A DNA stretch of 64,000 bases from Octopus sinensis (lineage: Eukaryota). The position numbers and the translations under genes are program-made. A model generated the notes under the pieces. The model was not told the origin of the DNA and searched no databases. It saw only the letters and a program-made list of their open reading frames with translations. Below, one piece after another: positions 1 through 11,294 of the stretch. Location: positions 87,606,001-87,670,000 of the forward strand of contig NC_042997.1 of assembly GCF_006345805.1 (NCBI RefSeq), written 5' to 3'. Within the stretch, counting starts at the first letter, position 1. The number at the start of each line of letters is the position of its first letter.

Positions 1-1590
1 GAAGCTTGGTTTTTTGTTATTGACGCAAATGTCGATGTGTTGGCTGAATGCTATTTTTCTGTTTTTTTGGAATTTTGATCTGGGATCTGTGCAGAGCCAT
101 CCCTTGATGTAGACTGTTTTTTGTTTGGCCTATGCATTGCTCTTGACACCCAGAGCAGGTTAGTGCATATATATGGTTCTCCAAACCACATATGAAGCTG
201 CTTTTCACTGTGAAACGTCCCTGTTTGAAGTAGAACTCTGATCCCTCAATTAAATTGACGCATATCCCACAGTTGGGTCTTCCACATTTTTTACTGACAG
301 CTTCAGTGTTGTTAAGCATATTTGGGCTTGTGTTAGAAGACTTTTCATAGATTTGGGCTGTCTCTTGCTTTTTATGATGGTGTGTGTTTGAAGGATTAAG
401 TTCATTCTCTGGTCCTTTTTTAGCAGGGGAATGTTTTGAAGGATGGTGTTGAAGGCTTCCTTGTTAAGGAGGTGTGTGTGTAGAGATGTATGGTAGGGTT
501 TTTGGTTGTAAATCCTTCTATAATGTTGAGTTGTAGGGCATGTTGAAAGCATATGTCAGTTAGTGAAGGTGGGTAGTTACTGGTGATGAATGTATCCTTT
601 AGTTCATGTAGTCATATGTCCTGGTGCTTGCATTAGGAACTATGAAACTATAGTACAGATCCTTTTTGCTAGGTTGAAGGGGATATTCATTCTGGTGTGT
701 CTGGGATGGCATGAGTTGAATGGTAGATATTTCTTGGAGTCCGTGAGGTTATAGTATATATCTGTTTCTATTACGTTGTTAGATTTCTTAATGAGGATGT
801 CAAGGAAGGGAAGTTGTTGATGTTTGTATTCCATTGTGAACTGAATGTTTACATCAAGTCCATTTATAAGTGCTTGAAATTCTTTAAGCCTCTCTATACT
901 TTCATGCCAAAGAATGAAACAGTCATCCAGATATCTCTTCCAGTTATTTTCTATGTAGAGGGAGAATGGGTTGCCGTATTTTTCTAGTACCTTACAATAA
1001 AGACCAATTTCTAGATATCCATGGAGGGAGCCATTCTTGTACCCATCGCAGTCCCCAATTTTTGTTGATAGAAGTTGTCTTTGAAAATGAAGTAGTTATT
1101 CTCCAAGATAAATTTTAGCCCATCTATCACGAATTCTTTTTTGATGTGATGCGGGAGTTTGATGGCATAATTCTCTAGCCAGAATTGAATTGCCTCTATT
1201 CCTAGGCTGTGGAGGATATTGGAATAGAGATTGACTACATCTGGAATAGAGATTGACTACATCGAAGGATACTAGTAGGGTGTTTTTGTTTATTGTTTCA
1301 GGAAGGTGATTGAGCATATCCAGGTTGTCCCTTATGTAGCTTTTGACATGCTTGAGGAATGGTTTTAAGAGGGTATCTAAAAGGTTACTGAGGTGGTGGG
1401 TTTTGCATGTGGGACCTGCTATTATAGGTTTTAATTTGAGGTCACTAAGAGTAGGGATTTTGATTATCATGTCTATGGCTTTCCTGCATGTGTTACTTAT
1501 TTTCTCATGCAGGGTGCAATGGGTGAATTGTCGCCATTTTATATTTTTAATTTCGTACATACGCATTGTTTGTTTTTGATTTTGTTGACT
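1..1590 (-). mobile_element. Penelope-like retroelement, decayed RT + GIY-YIG ORF (3' end runs off window start)
   Basis: Minus-strand ORF pieces: LKPIIAGP...LVSFDVVNLY (1096-1566), LGTAMGTRMAPS (~1025-1070), WKRYLDDCF (YLDD at 922-933), thumb LPFLDILI...TDIYY...YLPFNSCHP (640-834), endonuclease CGRPNCGIC...IYALTCSGCQEQCIGQT (17-319). Several frameshifts and stops. Confidence 0.92.
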
Positions 1591-1606
1591 ACACAGTATA
1601 GTAGGG

Positions 1607-2418
1607 TCAGTTGGGCATTGTCTGTGAGAAAAATACCACCATGATGCAATTCACTGCCAGAAATTTGGAAACAAAATGCTGTACTACTTGGAATTCATGT
1701 GAGAAGCTCCAATACGAACATTTCCGAGTATTTGGGTGTGAATCTGAGGATAGTGCGATCTGAAGACATGTACCAAGAGTGATAAAAATCAAACATCCAG
1801 TCAACATCATGGTGTTTGGAGTGATCACTAGTGATGGCGACATTATGCCTCCATTCATCTTCCCACATGTCCTCAGACTTAACACAGAGGCCTACATCAA
1901 GTGCCTGGAGAAGATAGTGCTGCCCTGGGTGATGAGGGTGGCTGCTAGAAGACCTTATGTCTGGCAACAGGACTCTGCCCCATGCCACACATGCGAAAGA
2001 ACCTAGTGATGGCGATCAGACAATTTCTGCGACCACACTGCCCCTAACATCTGGTCACCTACCTCCTCAGACTGCAACCCCCTTGATTATTATGCAACCC
2101 CCTTGGTTATCATTATTATTATTATTGAGCAAGAGACCAATAAAACTCCTTGTAACACCAAAGATGAACTGAAAGCAAGGATTGTGGCAGCATTCATCAA
2201 TTTAAGCAAGGAGACTGTCCAGAAGAGTTGCTGGAGATAACGAAGTTGTCTGGTGGCCATGATTGAAACCAATTGTGATTTTATTGAATAAATTTATTCT
2301 TTACTATTTCAAGATATTTTTATGTAATTTTGGTAAATATACCTGTTAAAATGAGATGCCAGTGTTATTTTCCTTTTGGTGTAATTTAGATGACAGTTTA
2401 TTCATAGTAGCCTGAGTG
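1607..2418 (+). mobile_element. Tc1/mariner superfamily relic, DD37D (maT-like) transposase pseudogene, internally deleted
   Basis: VMVFGVITSDG-like block, WQQDSAPCH (D at 1971-1973) and SSDCNPLDY (D at 2085-2087) with exactly 37 codons between the two Asp. C-terminus ...IETNCDFIE* ends at 2291. In-frame stops; TIRs not clearly recoverable. Confidence 0.82.
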
Positions 2419-2425
2419 TATATAT

Positions 2426-2429
2426 AATG

Positions 2430-2480
<51 letters not shown>

Positions 2481-2481
2481 G
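2426..2481 (+). repeat. (TAA)n microsatellite
   Basis: Direct run of taa units. Confidence 0.95.
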
Positions 2482-2737
2482 TGAATATGATACCGAACTT
2501 ACAGAGAAAAATTCAAGTTAGTAATACTAAATCAAATTTCCCAAATTTCTATATGGTATGATTTAAGTATATCATTGTTGAATTGTAATACGTACACACA
2601 CATACACACACATGAGGTGAAAAAATATTACTTATTTTCCCTTATATATATATGTATATATGTATGTGTTTGTGAAAGATTATATTACTAGTAAATAAGA
2701 CTTGTTTCTTTGTGTTATACATCTAAAATGTTGTTTT

Positions 2738-2740
<3 letters not shown>

Positions 2741-2828
<88 letters not shown>

Positions 2829-2892
2829 CATATATATATACAGATAGATAGATAGATAGATAGATTTAGTCTCTTATATATATATATATAGA
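2741..2892 (+). repeat. Compound (TA)n/(GATA)n microsatellite
   Basis: Visible ta and gata runs; one of many such tracts in the window. Confidence 0.9.
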
Positions 2893-3282
2893 TTCGGTTT
2901 TTGTCCTCTATATTGAACCAAAATTAAGATAAATGTCATGTTTGTCTTCCTTCTATAATTGTTCTAACTGGATTTCATTCATTTTCTTAGTGACCAATTT
3001 AGAAAAAGAAAATGTGTTAATCTATTTGAACCAGCTTAGCTTTATGATAATAACAATAGTAGCAACAGTAGCAGCAGCCATATCAGCATCAACATCAATA
3101 ACAATGACAGCAGCAATAACATCAACAACTACAGTGGGAAATTCTATTTTCATTTACAACAGCTGAATCATTACTCATATTCATAAATAGTTATCTATTT
3201 TTTCCTTATAAAATTCTTTATATACACAACACTTAACACTTTTTTCATATATATATATATATATATATATCAGTGGTAAAAC

Positions 3283-3336
<54 letters not shown>

Positions 3337-3400
3337 CTATGTAAATAGGTATGTATGTCTGTATATGTGTGTATATTTGTGTATATATATATGTCTGTAA

Positions 3401-3687
3401 AGGTGCATACCCCAGTGGTTAGAGCATCAAGCTTACGATCGTGAGGTTGTAAGTTTGAATCCTGGACCAGGCTGCGCGTTGTGTTCTTGAGCAAGACACT
3501 TTATTTCACATTGCTCCAGTTCACTCAGCTATAGAAATGAGTTGCGACATCATAGGTACAAAGCTGTATCAGACTTTGCATTGCCCTTGGATAACACTGG
3601 TGACGTGGAGAGGGGAGGCTGGTATGCATGGGCAATTGCTGGTCTTCCATAAATAACCTTGCCCAGACTTGTGCCTGGAAGGGTAAA
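3401..3687 (+). mobile_element. tRNA-derived SINE, family C
   Basis: A-box-like (cagtggttagagc) and B-box-like (gtttgaatcc) head, central gtgttcttgagcaagacacttt block; homologous to 62300-62630 and to reverse copies at 34945 and 63105. Confidence 0.85.
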
Positions 3688-3699
3688 TCTTTTCTTATC

Positions 3700-4172
3700 T
3701 GCTTCCCCTACTGGCTAAATAAACCTGTCTCCTAGCTTCCCTTCTGGCAGTCTGCTACCACCATTCTTCCAGTCCTTCCAAGCCTGTTTCTTTTCCCTAA
3801 TGGCCCTGTCAACAACATTGTTCCACCACCACATTACCTTGTGTCGAGAGGGGGCTTTGCACCATCCACAGATCTGGTCAGTGGCCCTCAGCAGGTTGTC
3901 CCGTAGAAACCTTCAGTTGTCTTCCACATCATGTGATGCTATATCACCCTCTATTTCATCAAAAGCTTTGAGTAATACATCTCTAAATCTTTGTCCATTC
4001 ACAGTATCTTTAAGCTTCCAAACCCTTCTTCTCCATGCTGGTCTTCTTATGGGCATCCATTTAGCCTTAATCCTGAAACTGCTAATTACTAGCCTATGTT
4101 GTGGGGTACATTCTTCACCTGGAAAGGTTTTAGCTTTTAAAGGCAGCCATCTTTCCTTTTTCCTGGCAACAT
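3700..4172 (-). mobile_element. RTE-clade LINE ORF fragment (end of endonuclease plus linker)
   Basis: Minus-strand translation: FPGEECTPQHRLVISSFRI...WWWNNVVDRAIREKKQAWKDW, one stop; typical of the RTE EN-RT linker. Confidence 0.75.
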
Positions 4173-4724
4173 ATATATAAAATCATGTAATGTCATGTTT
4201 GATTGTAATTGTTTGTGATAAGACCTAATGCTGCAAGAATGGAATGGGTGGAAAATTCTCCACCTAGACTTGTGAAAATACACATTTTGTTTTGAGTCAA
4301 GAGTGGTGGCATCAGATTGTAGGATATATGTATTTATGTTTTGTTCCACTTCATCCACTACAACAGTACACAAGTCTAAGCAGGGAATTTTCTCCAGGTC
4401 TGTCCTTCTAGTGCCAGTTCTTATCATTACCAATTGATATCAAGTTAATTGAACACAACTTTACATGATACTTTCTAATCCAAAGCTGCTTTGTGTGGCA
4501 TTAATAATTTAATTCTAGTTAAACCAGGCATTTGCACATCAACCAACAATTTGCCTGCTGTTTTCATAATTATAACCTCATACTGGGTGAAGGATGCTCA
4601 AGTGTTAGTTTTTATAGTTTATGAAGTAAAACAAGGCAGAAACACCTATAATCTAATGGTGTCACTCATGGCCCAAAACAAAATGTGTATTTACAAACAC
4701 AAATTTACACACACATACACACAT

Positions 4725-4858
4725 ATGACAGACTTCTTTCAGTTTCCATCTATTAAATCTGAGGCTTTGGTTGGCCAAGGTTATAGTGGAAGACACTTTC
4801 CCAAGGTGTCACACAGTGAGACTAAACTGTGTGACAGGAAAGCAAACTTCTTACCATT
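4725..4858 (-). mobile_element. SINE family A head, decayed
   Basis: Reverse complement matches the family A 5' module (ggtaagaagtttgc...gggaaagtgtcttcc...gaaactgaaagaag). Confidence 0.7.
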
Positions 4859-5324
4859 TATGTTAAATCATACTAATAATATGATTTAACATGAATGGTA
4901 AGCTAGTCTGGTTTATCTGATTGTCTGAGTGAACTGCTGGTAGGGCTTAATATTGTAGACATGTCTACAATATGTATGTATTTATATATAAAAAGATACA
5001 TATATTAATTCCATTTGAGTTATAATGTTGGAGTTTACTTTATAAAGCCTGTCCATGGGTATTGGCTATCATACATAGACCTGAATTGATATTTTCCATT
5101 ATTACTGGAATAATACTGATTTGATATATAATTTCATATATTATATAATAATATTCCAGCAATAATATTATATTCATCTGGTAACGCATTGATGAAACAA
5201 TTGTAGAATTATGAAATAAAACAAGTTGCTTGCTCCATTCTCCTTGACAGTGTTTGTGCTTTGCACGCCCCCCCCCCATACGTCATATGAGTGAACACAT
5301 ACACATGTGCACACATACACGCAC

Positions 5325-5480
5325 GCGTGCAGAGAATTTCTTTCAAATTCATCCAAGTATATACACAAGGCTTTGGTCAGCTCGTGGCTATAGAAGACAT
5401 TTGCCTAAAGTGCTGAACAATGGGACTGAACCTAAAGCCCTGTGGTTGTAAAGCAAACTTCTTAACACATAACCGTACTT
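5325..5480 (-). mobile_element. SINE family A head, decayed
   Basis: Reverse complement matches the family A 5' module; adjoins a CA-rich tract. Confidence 0.7.
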
Positions 5481-6023
5481 GTTGTGTTCCTATATATATT
5501 TTGTAAAATTATTTCACATTGCATTATGTGAAAAACTACGTAAAAATTAAACTAAAAGGTAGTACCAAAGATTATTAATTTTATTTACCTGTGATAGAAA
5601 ACAGAGGATCTTTATGTGGTAGAAGTGATAACTTGTTATGTGCTTCTAGAGCTGACCCTTGTTCCCAGATGGAGGATCTGAAGAGACAAAGGAGGAACTG
5701 GTTTAACAGTTGGTGGATTATCAACATCATGATCAAATTTAACAGCTAATACAGGTTTGGGATGAATTGGTTTGAAGAAAGAGTTAAGTTTCAATCATTT
5801 ACTATTCCAATACTGCTTTCATAGAATCAGTTCCGTTAAACTTTTGAGATGTTAATATTGTTGAACTGCAAGTTCTGTTGGAAAGTCAATATACAAAATG
5901 TTGCTATCAAGGGATTCTTGCATAACAGAATGTTTAGGTTTCTTGGGGAAATGATTACACTTCATCATGCTTAGCATCTCTGTTGTCACCATCAAGAACT
6001 TCATTCAATATTTATTCTGTTTA

Positions 6024-6235
6024 AGGCAGCAAGCTGGCAGAATCGTTAGCATGCCATGCAAATGCTTAGCAGTATTTTGTCCATCTTTACATTCTGAGTT
6101 CAAATTAAGTCATGGTTGACTTTGCCTTTCATCCTTTTGGGGTTGATAAAATAAGTACAAGTTGAGCACTGGAGTCGATGTAATTGACTTACCCACTCCC
6201 TTGGAATTGCCGGCCTTATACCAAAATTTGAAACT
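6024..6235 (+). mobile_element. tRNA-derived SINE, family B, with 17-bp TSD
   Basis: aaggcagcaagctggcagaatcgttagc head, central ctttcatccttttggggttgataaaataagtac block (reminiscent of the Meta/MESC SINE domain, from recall). Perfect direct repeat aatatttattctgttta at 6007-6023 and 6236-6252. Confidence 0.9.
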
Positions 6236-6499
6236 AATATTTATTCTGTTTACATTTGACATACAGAATTGTCCTCTGTGTCTTTTAGTCATGAACTAAT
6301 GTTGACTAGCATGGCTAACATGGATATTTGTTTTGCTGACCCTTTGAAGTCTATCTTGCATCCTTCAAATTGTATTCTATCCCCAGAGAGTAAAAGTGAT
6401 TTTTCCATGTATTGTCTAGAATGGAAGTCTTTAGCAATGTTTTGCAGACTTAAGGTTTCATGTTCTTTGTCTTCATGTTTCTTTGATTGCCATCTTTTA

Positions 6500-6715
6500 A
6501 TCATTGACTTATTTCAGGCTTTGGACCATGGACATGCTTGGGTACAACCTTGAAGGGTTTAGTTGAACAAATTTACCCCAGTACATTTTTCTTATTTTTA
6601 AGTTTGGTACTTATTCTGCCGATCTCTTTTGCTGAACCACTAAATTACAGGCATGTAACCAAACCAACACTTTTTGTCAAGTTGTGAGGCACGGGACAAC
6701 ACACGTGCACACACA

Positions 6716-6755
<40 letters not shown>

Positions 6756-6868
6756 TCAGACACACACAGACACACACAGACACACAGACACACACACACA
6801 CACACACACACAATAGGCCTCTTCCACCTTCTATGTACTAAATCCATTCACAAGGCTTTGGTGGACCA
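6500..6868 (-). mobile_element. SINE family A (tail + internal (CA)n + partial head), decayed
   Basis: Reverse-complemented tail at 6530-6680, (CA)n at ~6695-6812, head remnant aaatccattcacaaggctttgg. Confidence 0.7.
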
Positions 6869-7240
6869 TGAGAACTTTGCTCACAAATTTCATTGATATA
6901 ACCAATTGTAAGCTACTCTTATATCTAAATCCATTGGCTTAATTATGATGTAACATTGGGGAAAAGCAACCTGCACCTTATTTTACAATTACTACTGAGA
7001 GGTTTCAGTCATTTTGGGAAATGGATGTGTTAGCCAAAATTAGCACCAGCAGAAAGTTTGAAGGCATCTTTCTGACATTTATACATCACAAGAATAAAAT
7101 TCACTTTCAAAAATACAGTCGCTTAAGATATATGTTGAACCTCAGTTTCTTTAAATAGCAATAATGCACTGCCAGCTAGTACATTATGCCTTTCAAACAT
7201 TGTGGATGTGCAAATATCCTCCACTATTAACTTTGAAAAG

Positions 7241-7630
7241 GGCAGGAGTGTTTGTTTGGTAAATAGCATGCTTACCAATCACATGGTTCTGGGTTCAGTC
7301 CCACTGCGTGGCACCTTGGGCAAGTGTCTTCTGCTATAGCCTCGGGCCGACCAAAGTCTTGTAAGTAGATTTGGTAGTCACAAACTGAAAGAAGCTCGTC
7401 ATATATGTGTGTGTGTGTGTGTGTTTGTGTCTGTTTTTCCCTCTAACATTGCTTGACAACCGATGCTGGTGTGTTTACATCCCATCATTTAGCAGTTTGG
7501 CAAGAGAGACCGATAGAATAAGTACTAAGCTTACAAAGAATAGGTTCTGGGGTTGATTTGCTCGACTAAAGTCAGTGCTCCAGCATGGCTGCAGTCAAAT
7601 GACTGAAACCAATAAAAGAAAAAAGAAAAA
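7241..7630 (+). mobile_element. SINE family A, full length (head - microsatellite - tail)
   Basis: ggttcagtcccactgcgtggcaccttgggcaagtgtc head, (TG)n core, tail ...gctccagcatggctgcagtcaaatgactgaaac + A-rich end. Confidence 0.88.
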
Positions 7631-8344
7631 AATATCATCTACATTCATGCAAATCATGCAAAACAACACCAAAAGACATTCCTTATTTAATTTATGACAA
7701 GGTGTTGATGCTTCATTCTTAAGTAATCCTTACGAATATTGTTACATACCTGGGAAGTTAGGAGTCCTTCCTACATAAATATGTCATTTAACCTATTCCT
7801 AAATAGTTTGACTTCCTAACTTGATGTGCTACCTGCCTGCTTCACTATAGATATTATACATTCCATAGTAATTTTAAAATCACTACAATCACTTGTCAGA
7901 AGCTTTGAAATTTTTGATACCCACATGTCTGTGCGGTTAAGGAATTACCTTCCTGACAAAATGGTTTTGGGTCAGTCCTACTGTATGGCATCTTGGGAAA
8001 ATGTCTTCTATTACAACACTGAGTTGACCAGAACCTTGTGAGTGGAATGGGTAGTCAGACACTGAAAGAAGCTAATTTTATACACACACACATACACGCA
8101 TGTGTATGACATTGCATGACAGCCATAAATGAGTGCCATTGTCATATAAACAGTCATTCATGTCTAATATTCTGTGAAAACATGTGAAGCTATTGGAAAA
8201 TATTATCTTGTTCAGAGACAAGACAGAATTGGTGATAGAATGGGCATCTAACCATAGAAAATTAACAACAATTAACTGCACCTGACCCATGCAGGCATCA
8301 AATAGTGGAAATTAAAATTGATAGTCATGGTGATGGTGTGGTTT

Positions 8345-8715
8345 TCTGGCTAGTTTAACTGCTGTAGATATCTGGGTATTGAGAGCTTTTAATATGGTTC
8401 TTTTTTTGGCTAAACATAACCTGCACTTTCTGATACTATCAAAATTAGCCTTACACTTCTCTAAATTTTCCACTTTATGCCATATTCCATGGTGCTTTCC
8501 TTTAATGATCATACATGCCTGGTTAGGGCTGTGGAATTTTGACTTCTCAGGATATTCAAGGAGGACTTAAGGTTATTGAATTTGATCTTAAAGGAAACCT
8601 CTTTCATTCCCATATGCTTCTGCATGTTCAGTTTCCCATTTAGGTCCTTTGATGTGACTTCTGTGTTGTGTCCAAATGTTTCCGTGTTACAATGTCTGTG
8701 AAGGGGGCATGTGGT
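8345..8715 (-). mobile_element. Old Penelope-like GIY-YIG endonuclease C-terminal fragment
   Basis: Minus-strand pieces TCPL...EVTS...SFKIKFNNLKSS...STALTRHV*SLK...YGIKWKI and KCRLCLAKKRTI parallel the C-terminus of the PLE at 13321-13700. Confidence 0.72.
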
Positions 8716-9531
8716 GTGTATATATATATAATATATTAAGATGCTGGTGAATAGGCTACTTAAATGGTAGGACACCGGGTTGGATCAGAATTAAAATGCA
8801 TGCACAACAATTATAGATGAATACCAACAATGGTGCAGAAGTACTGACAGAAGGATATTCAGGTTATGAATTAATTGAACCTGACTGAGTATATCATCAG
8901 CCCTTGAACTAATTCAAAAACACACATTATTTTAAATATATTGTCCATAATATATTTTGGACCATGCAAGGGACAGGTTCAGAGAGAGGTGAATCTGTGA
9001 CCAGTGTCGATTGTGGAATCACTAAATTTGTACATGTTGAGGATTAAAATTTTTTAAAATTTTCTTAATTTTATAATTTGTGTATTCATCTAAAGGAAAC
9101 AGTTTTTTATAATGATATAATGTACCCATTAATCAATTGAAAATTTCGTTGGAAGCAGCTGTAATGAAATGACACCTACGCATTGTTATATATATATAAT
9201 TTCTTTTTTACCTTGCATTATCACCTGTAATTAACACATCCTTCAAATTTTAACATTTTCTTCCTCATTTTTGAATATTTACATTTAATCGCAGAATATT
9301 CTCATTATACCTCTGTAACCATGTACTTTTGAATATCTAAATTCAGCTGTCTCTTACAAGAGTTCATTCTTGTCTACATGTTGCTAAGTTGTTGCCAACT
9401 GTTTTTATCTCCATGTATATATTTATGCATGTGTGTAGTTGTGTGTCTCTTGCTGTGAACATTCACATACGTTTTTGAGTTTTTGTATGTAAGTATATAA
9501 TATATGTATGTATCTATATGTGTATGTGTGT

Positions 9532-9534
<3 letters not shown>

Positions 9535-9602
<68 letters not shown>
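9535..9602 (+). repeat. (GA)n microsatellite
   Basis: Direct run. Confidence 0.95.
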
Positions 9603-9604
<2 letters not shown>

Positions 9605-9731
9605 TGTTTACTCTACATCTTAATTTGGCAAATAAACACTTAGATATATAGATATACGAACATGCATATGTAAATGTATACATGCATATATATGTGTGTG
9701 TGTATATATATATGTATGTATGTATATATAT

Positions 9732-9799
<68 letters not shown>

Positions 9800-9804
<5 letters not shown>

Positions 9805-10105
9805 AAATGTAATAAAATATTTTTACTTTTGACACATGTTTCGAAAATTCCACTGATACTATTCAAAAGAATAAATGGTATAAACAATGCAGTCTTCTCC
9901 TCAGGAAAGTGAAAAAAACGAAACTCGTCAATAAGACATTTTATCAAAAAATGATGGATTTGTATAGCGATAGACAGAACGCTATTAATATTGTTTAAAA
10001 AAACGTTATATGATATAACGTCATAAGTAGCTAACAGAAAGAGTAGGGATATTAATAGTGAATGTTAAATATAAAGGAAATTAAAGTTTAAATGATATAT
10101 AATGA
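9800..10105 (-). mobile_element. 3' UTR/terminus of the Penelope-like element whose ORF lies at 13321-14575
   Basis: Continues the PLE once the Helitron (10106-13314) is removed; carries an HHR at 9825-9910 and ends in a (TA)n tract. Confidence 0.75.
9825..9910 (-). ncRNA. Type I hammerhead ribozyme with long stem II
   Basis: Minus strand: acttt-c / CTGAGGA (9904-9898) / stem II gaaga..ttttc with G-C closing pair / GAAA (9842-9839) / stem III ac-atgt-gt / GUC site (cleavage after 9831) / aaaagt. Stem I has 5 bp plus one mismatch next to the core. Confidence 0.8.
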
Positions 10106-10159
10106 CTAGCTGAAGGTGACCCGCTCTACGCGCGGGTAAGAGTGTGGTGGTTACTTTCT

Positions 10160-10486
10160 GTTGCTTCCTTTCAGCACGTAAAAAGCACCATCCGAACGTG
10201 GCGGATTGCAGCGCCGCCTTGACTGGCTTCTGTGCTGGTGGCACGTAAAAAGCACCAACCGATCGTGGCCGCTGCCAGCCCCCCTGGCACCTGTGCCGGC
10301 GGCATGAAAAAATCACCCACTACGCTCACAGAGTGGTTGGCGTTAGGAAGGGCATCCACCTGTAGAAACACTGCCAGATCAGACTGGAGCCTGGTGCAGC
10401 CTCCTGGCTTCCCAGACCCCGGTGAAACTGTCCAACCCGTGCTAGCACGGAAAACGGACGTTAAACGTTGATGATGATGATGATGA
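10160..10486 (+). mobile_element. RTE LINE 3' UTR fragment with (GAT)n tail, nested in the Helitron
   Basis: Three ggcacgtaaaaagcacc-type units, gtggttggcgttaggaagggcatcc block, ggaaaacggacgttaaac + (gat)n; same module ends the ORF-bearing copy at 14985-15740. Confidence 0.85.
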
Positions 10487-11182
10487 TTCTCCCTCTTTGT
10501 TTCTCTCTCCTTTCTCTCTCACTTTCCCACTCTCTTACTCTTCCTTTCTCTCGGACTCTCCCTCGCTTTCTCTTACTCTCTATCTTTATCTCTCTCTCTC
10601 CCATTTATAAACAACAAAAGATCTTGAGTAAGTTGAAAAATAAAATATTTAGAAAGATCAATCATAAATATCAGGCAGTAACAACGGAAAGGTCTGCTTG
10701 AAGGCAGACAGCAAAACACTAACATTTAAAAGGGACAGACGAACTTGCGAGCTGAATAAAAATAATAAAATATTGGAAACCAAAGTTTGAAGGGATAGAA
10801 TCTGAGGATAGTAGAGTCACCATGGCTGGCATTTCTTAACGACGGACAGCAACGTATTGACAGTTCAACGGCTGGCGTAAAATTTTGAACTTGATGTAAA
10901 AGAAAATCCCTAAACACCAAGTTTTGAATTGATTCTTTCTCACGACAGTAGACTCACGATGGTAAGCATTCAAAACTTCTTCATCATGGACGGCAACACA
11001 TTGACGATTAAAAGGCTGATGCAAATTTTTTAGCTTGATGTAACAGAGAATTGCTAAACACCCGCTCCTTTAAATTTTAATCCCCTTCCAGCCCCATTTA
11101 GACCCCTTTTCACATTTTGGTTAATATAACCCGATTTCATTTGGGTCTACTGGGGCCACATTTTATAAGATGAGGACTCAAC

Positions 11183-11294
11183 CAAGTTTCCCGAGTTCTG
11201 GTCATAGACCATAGAACAGTCAAGCAAGTTTCCCGAGTTCTGGTCATAGACCATAGAACACTCAACCAACTTTCCCGAGTTCTGTTCATAGACT
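11183..11294 (+). repeat. 42-bp tandem repeat (~2.7 copies) inside the Helitron
   Basis: caagtttcccgagttctggtcatagaccatagaacagtcaag units start at 11183, 11225 and 11267. Confidence 0.9.

Noticed and set aside
11183-11294. 42-bp (and 62-bp at 53409) direct repeats as a CRISPR array
   Set aside because: Head-to-tail units without unique spacers, no cas genes, eukaryotic context.
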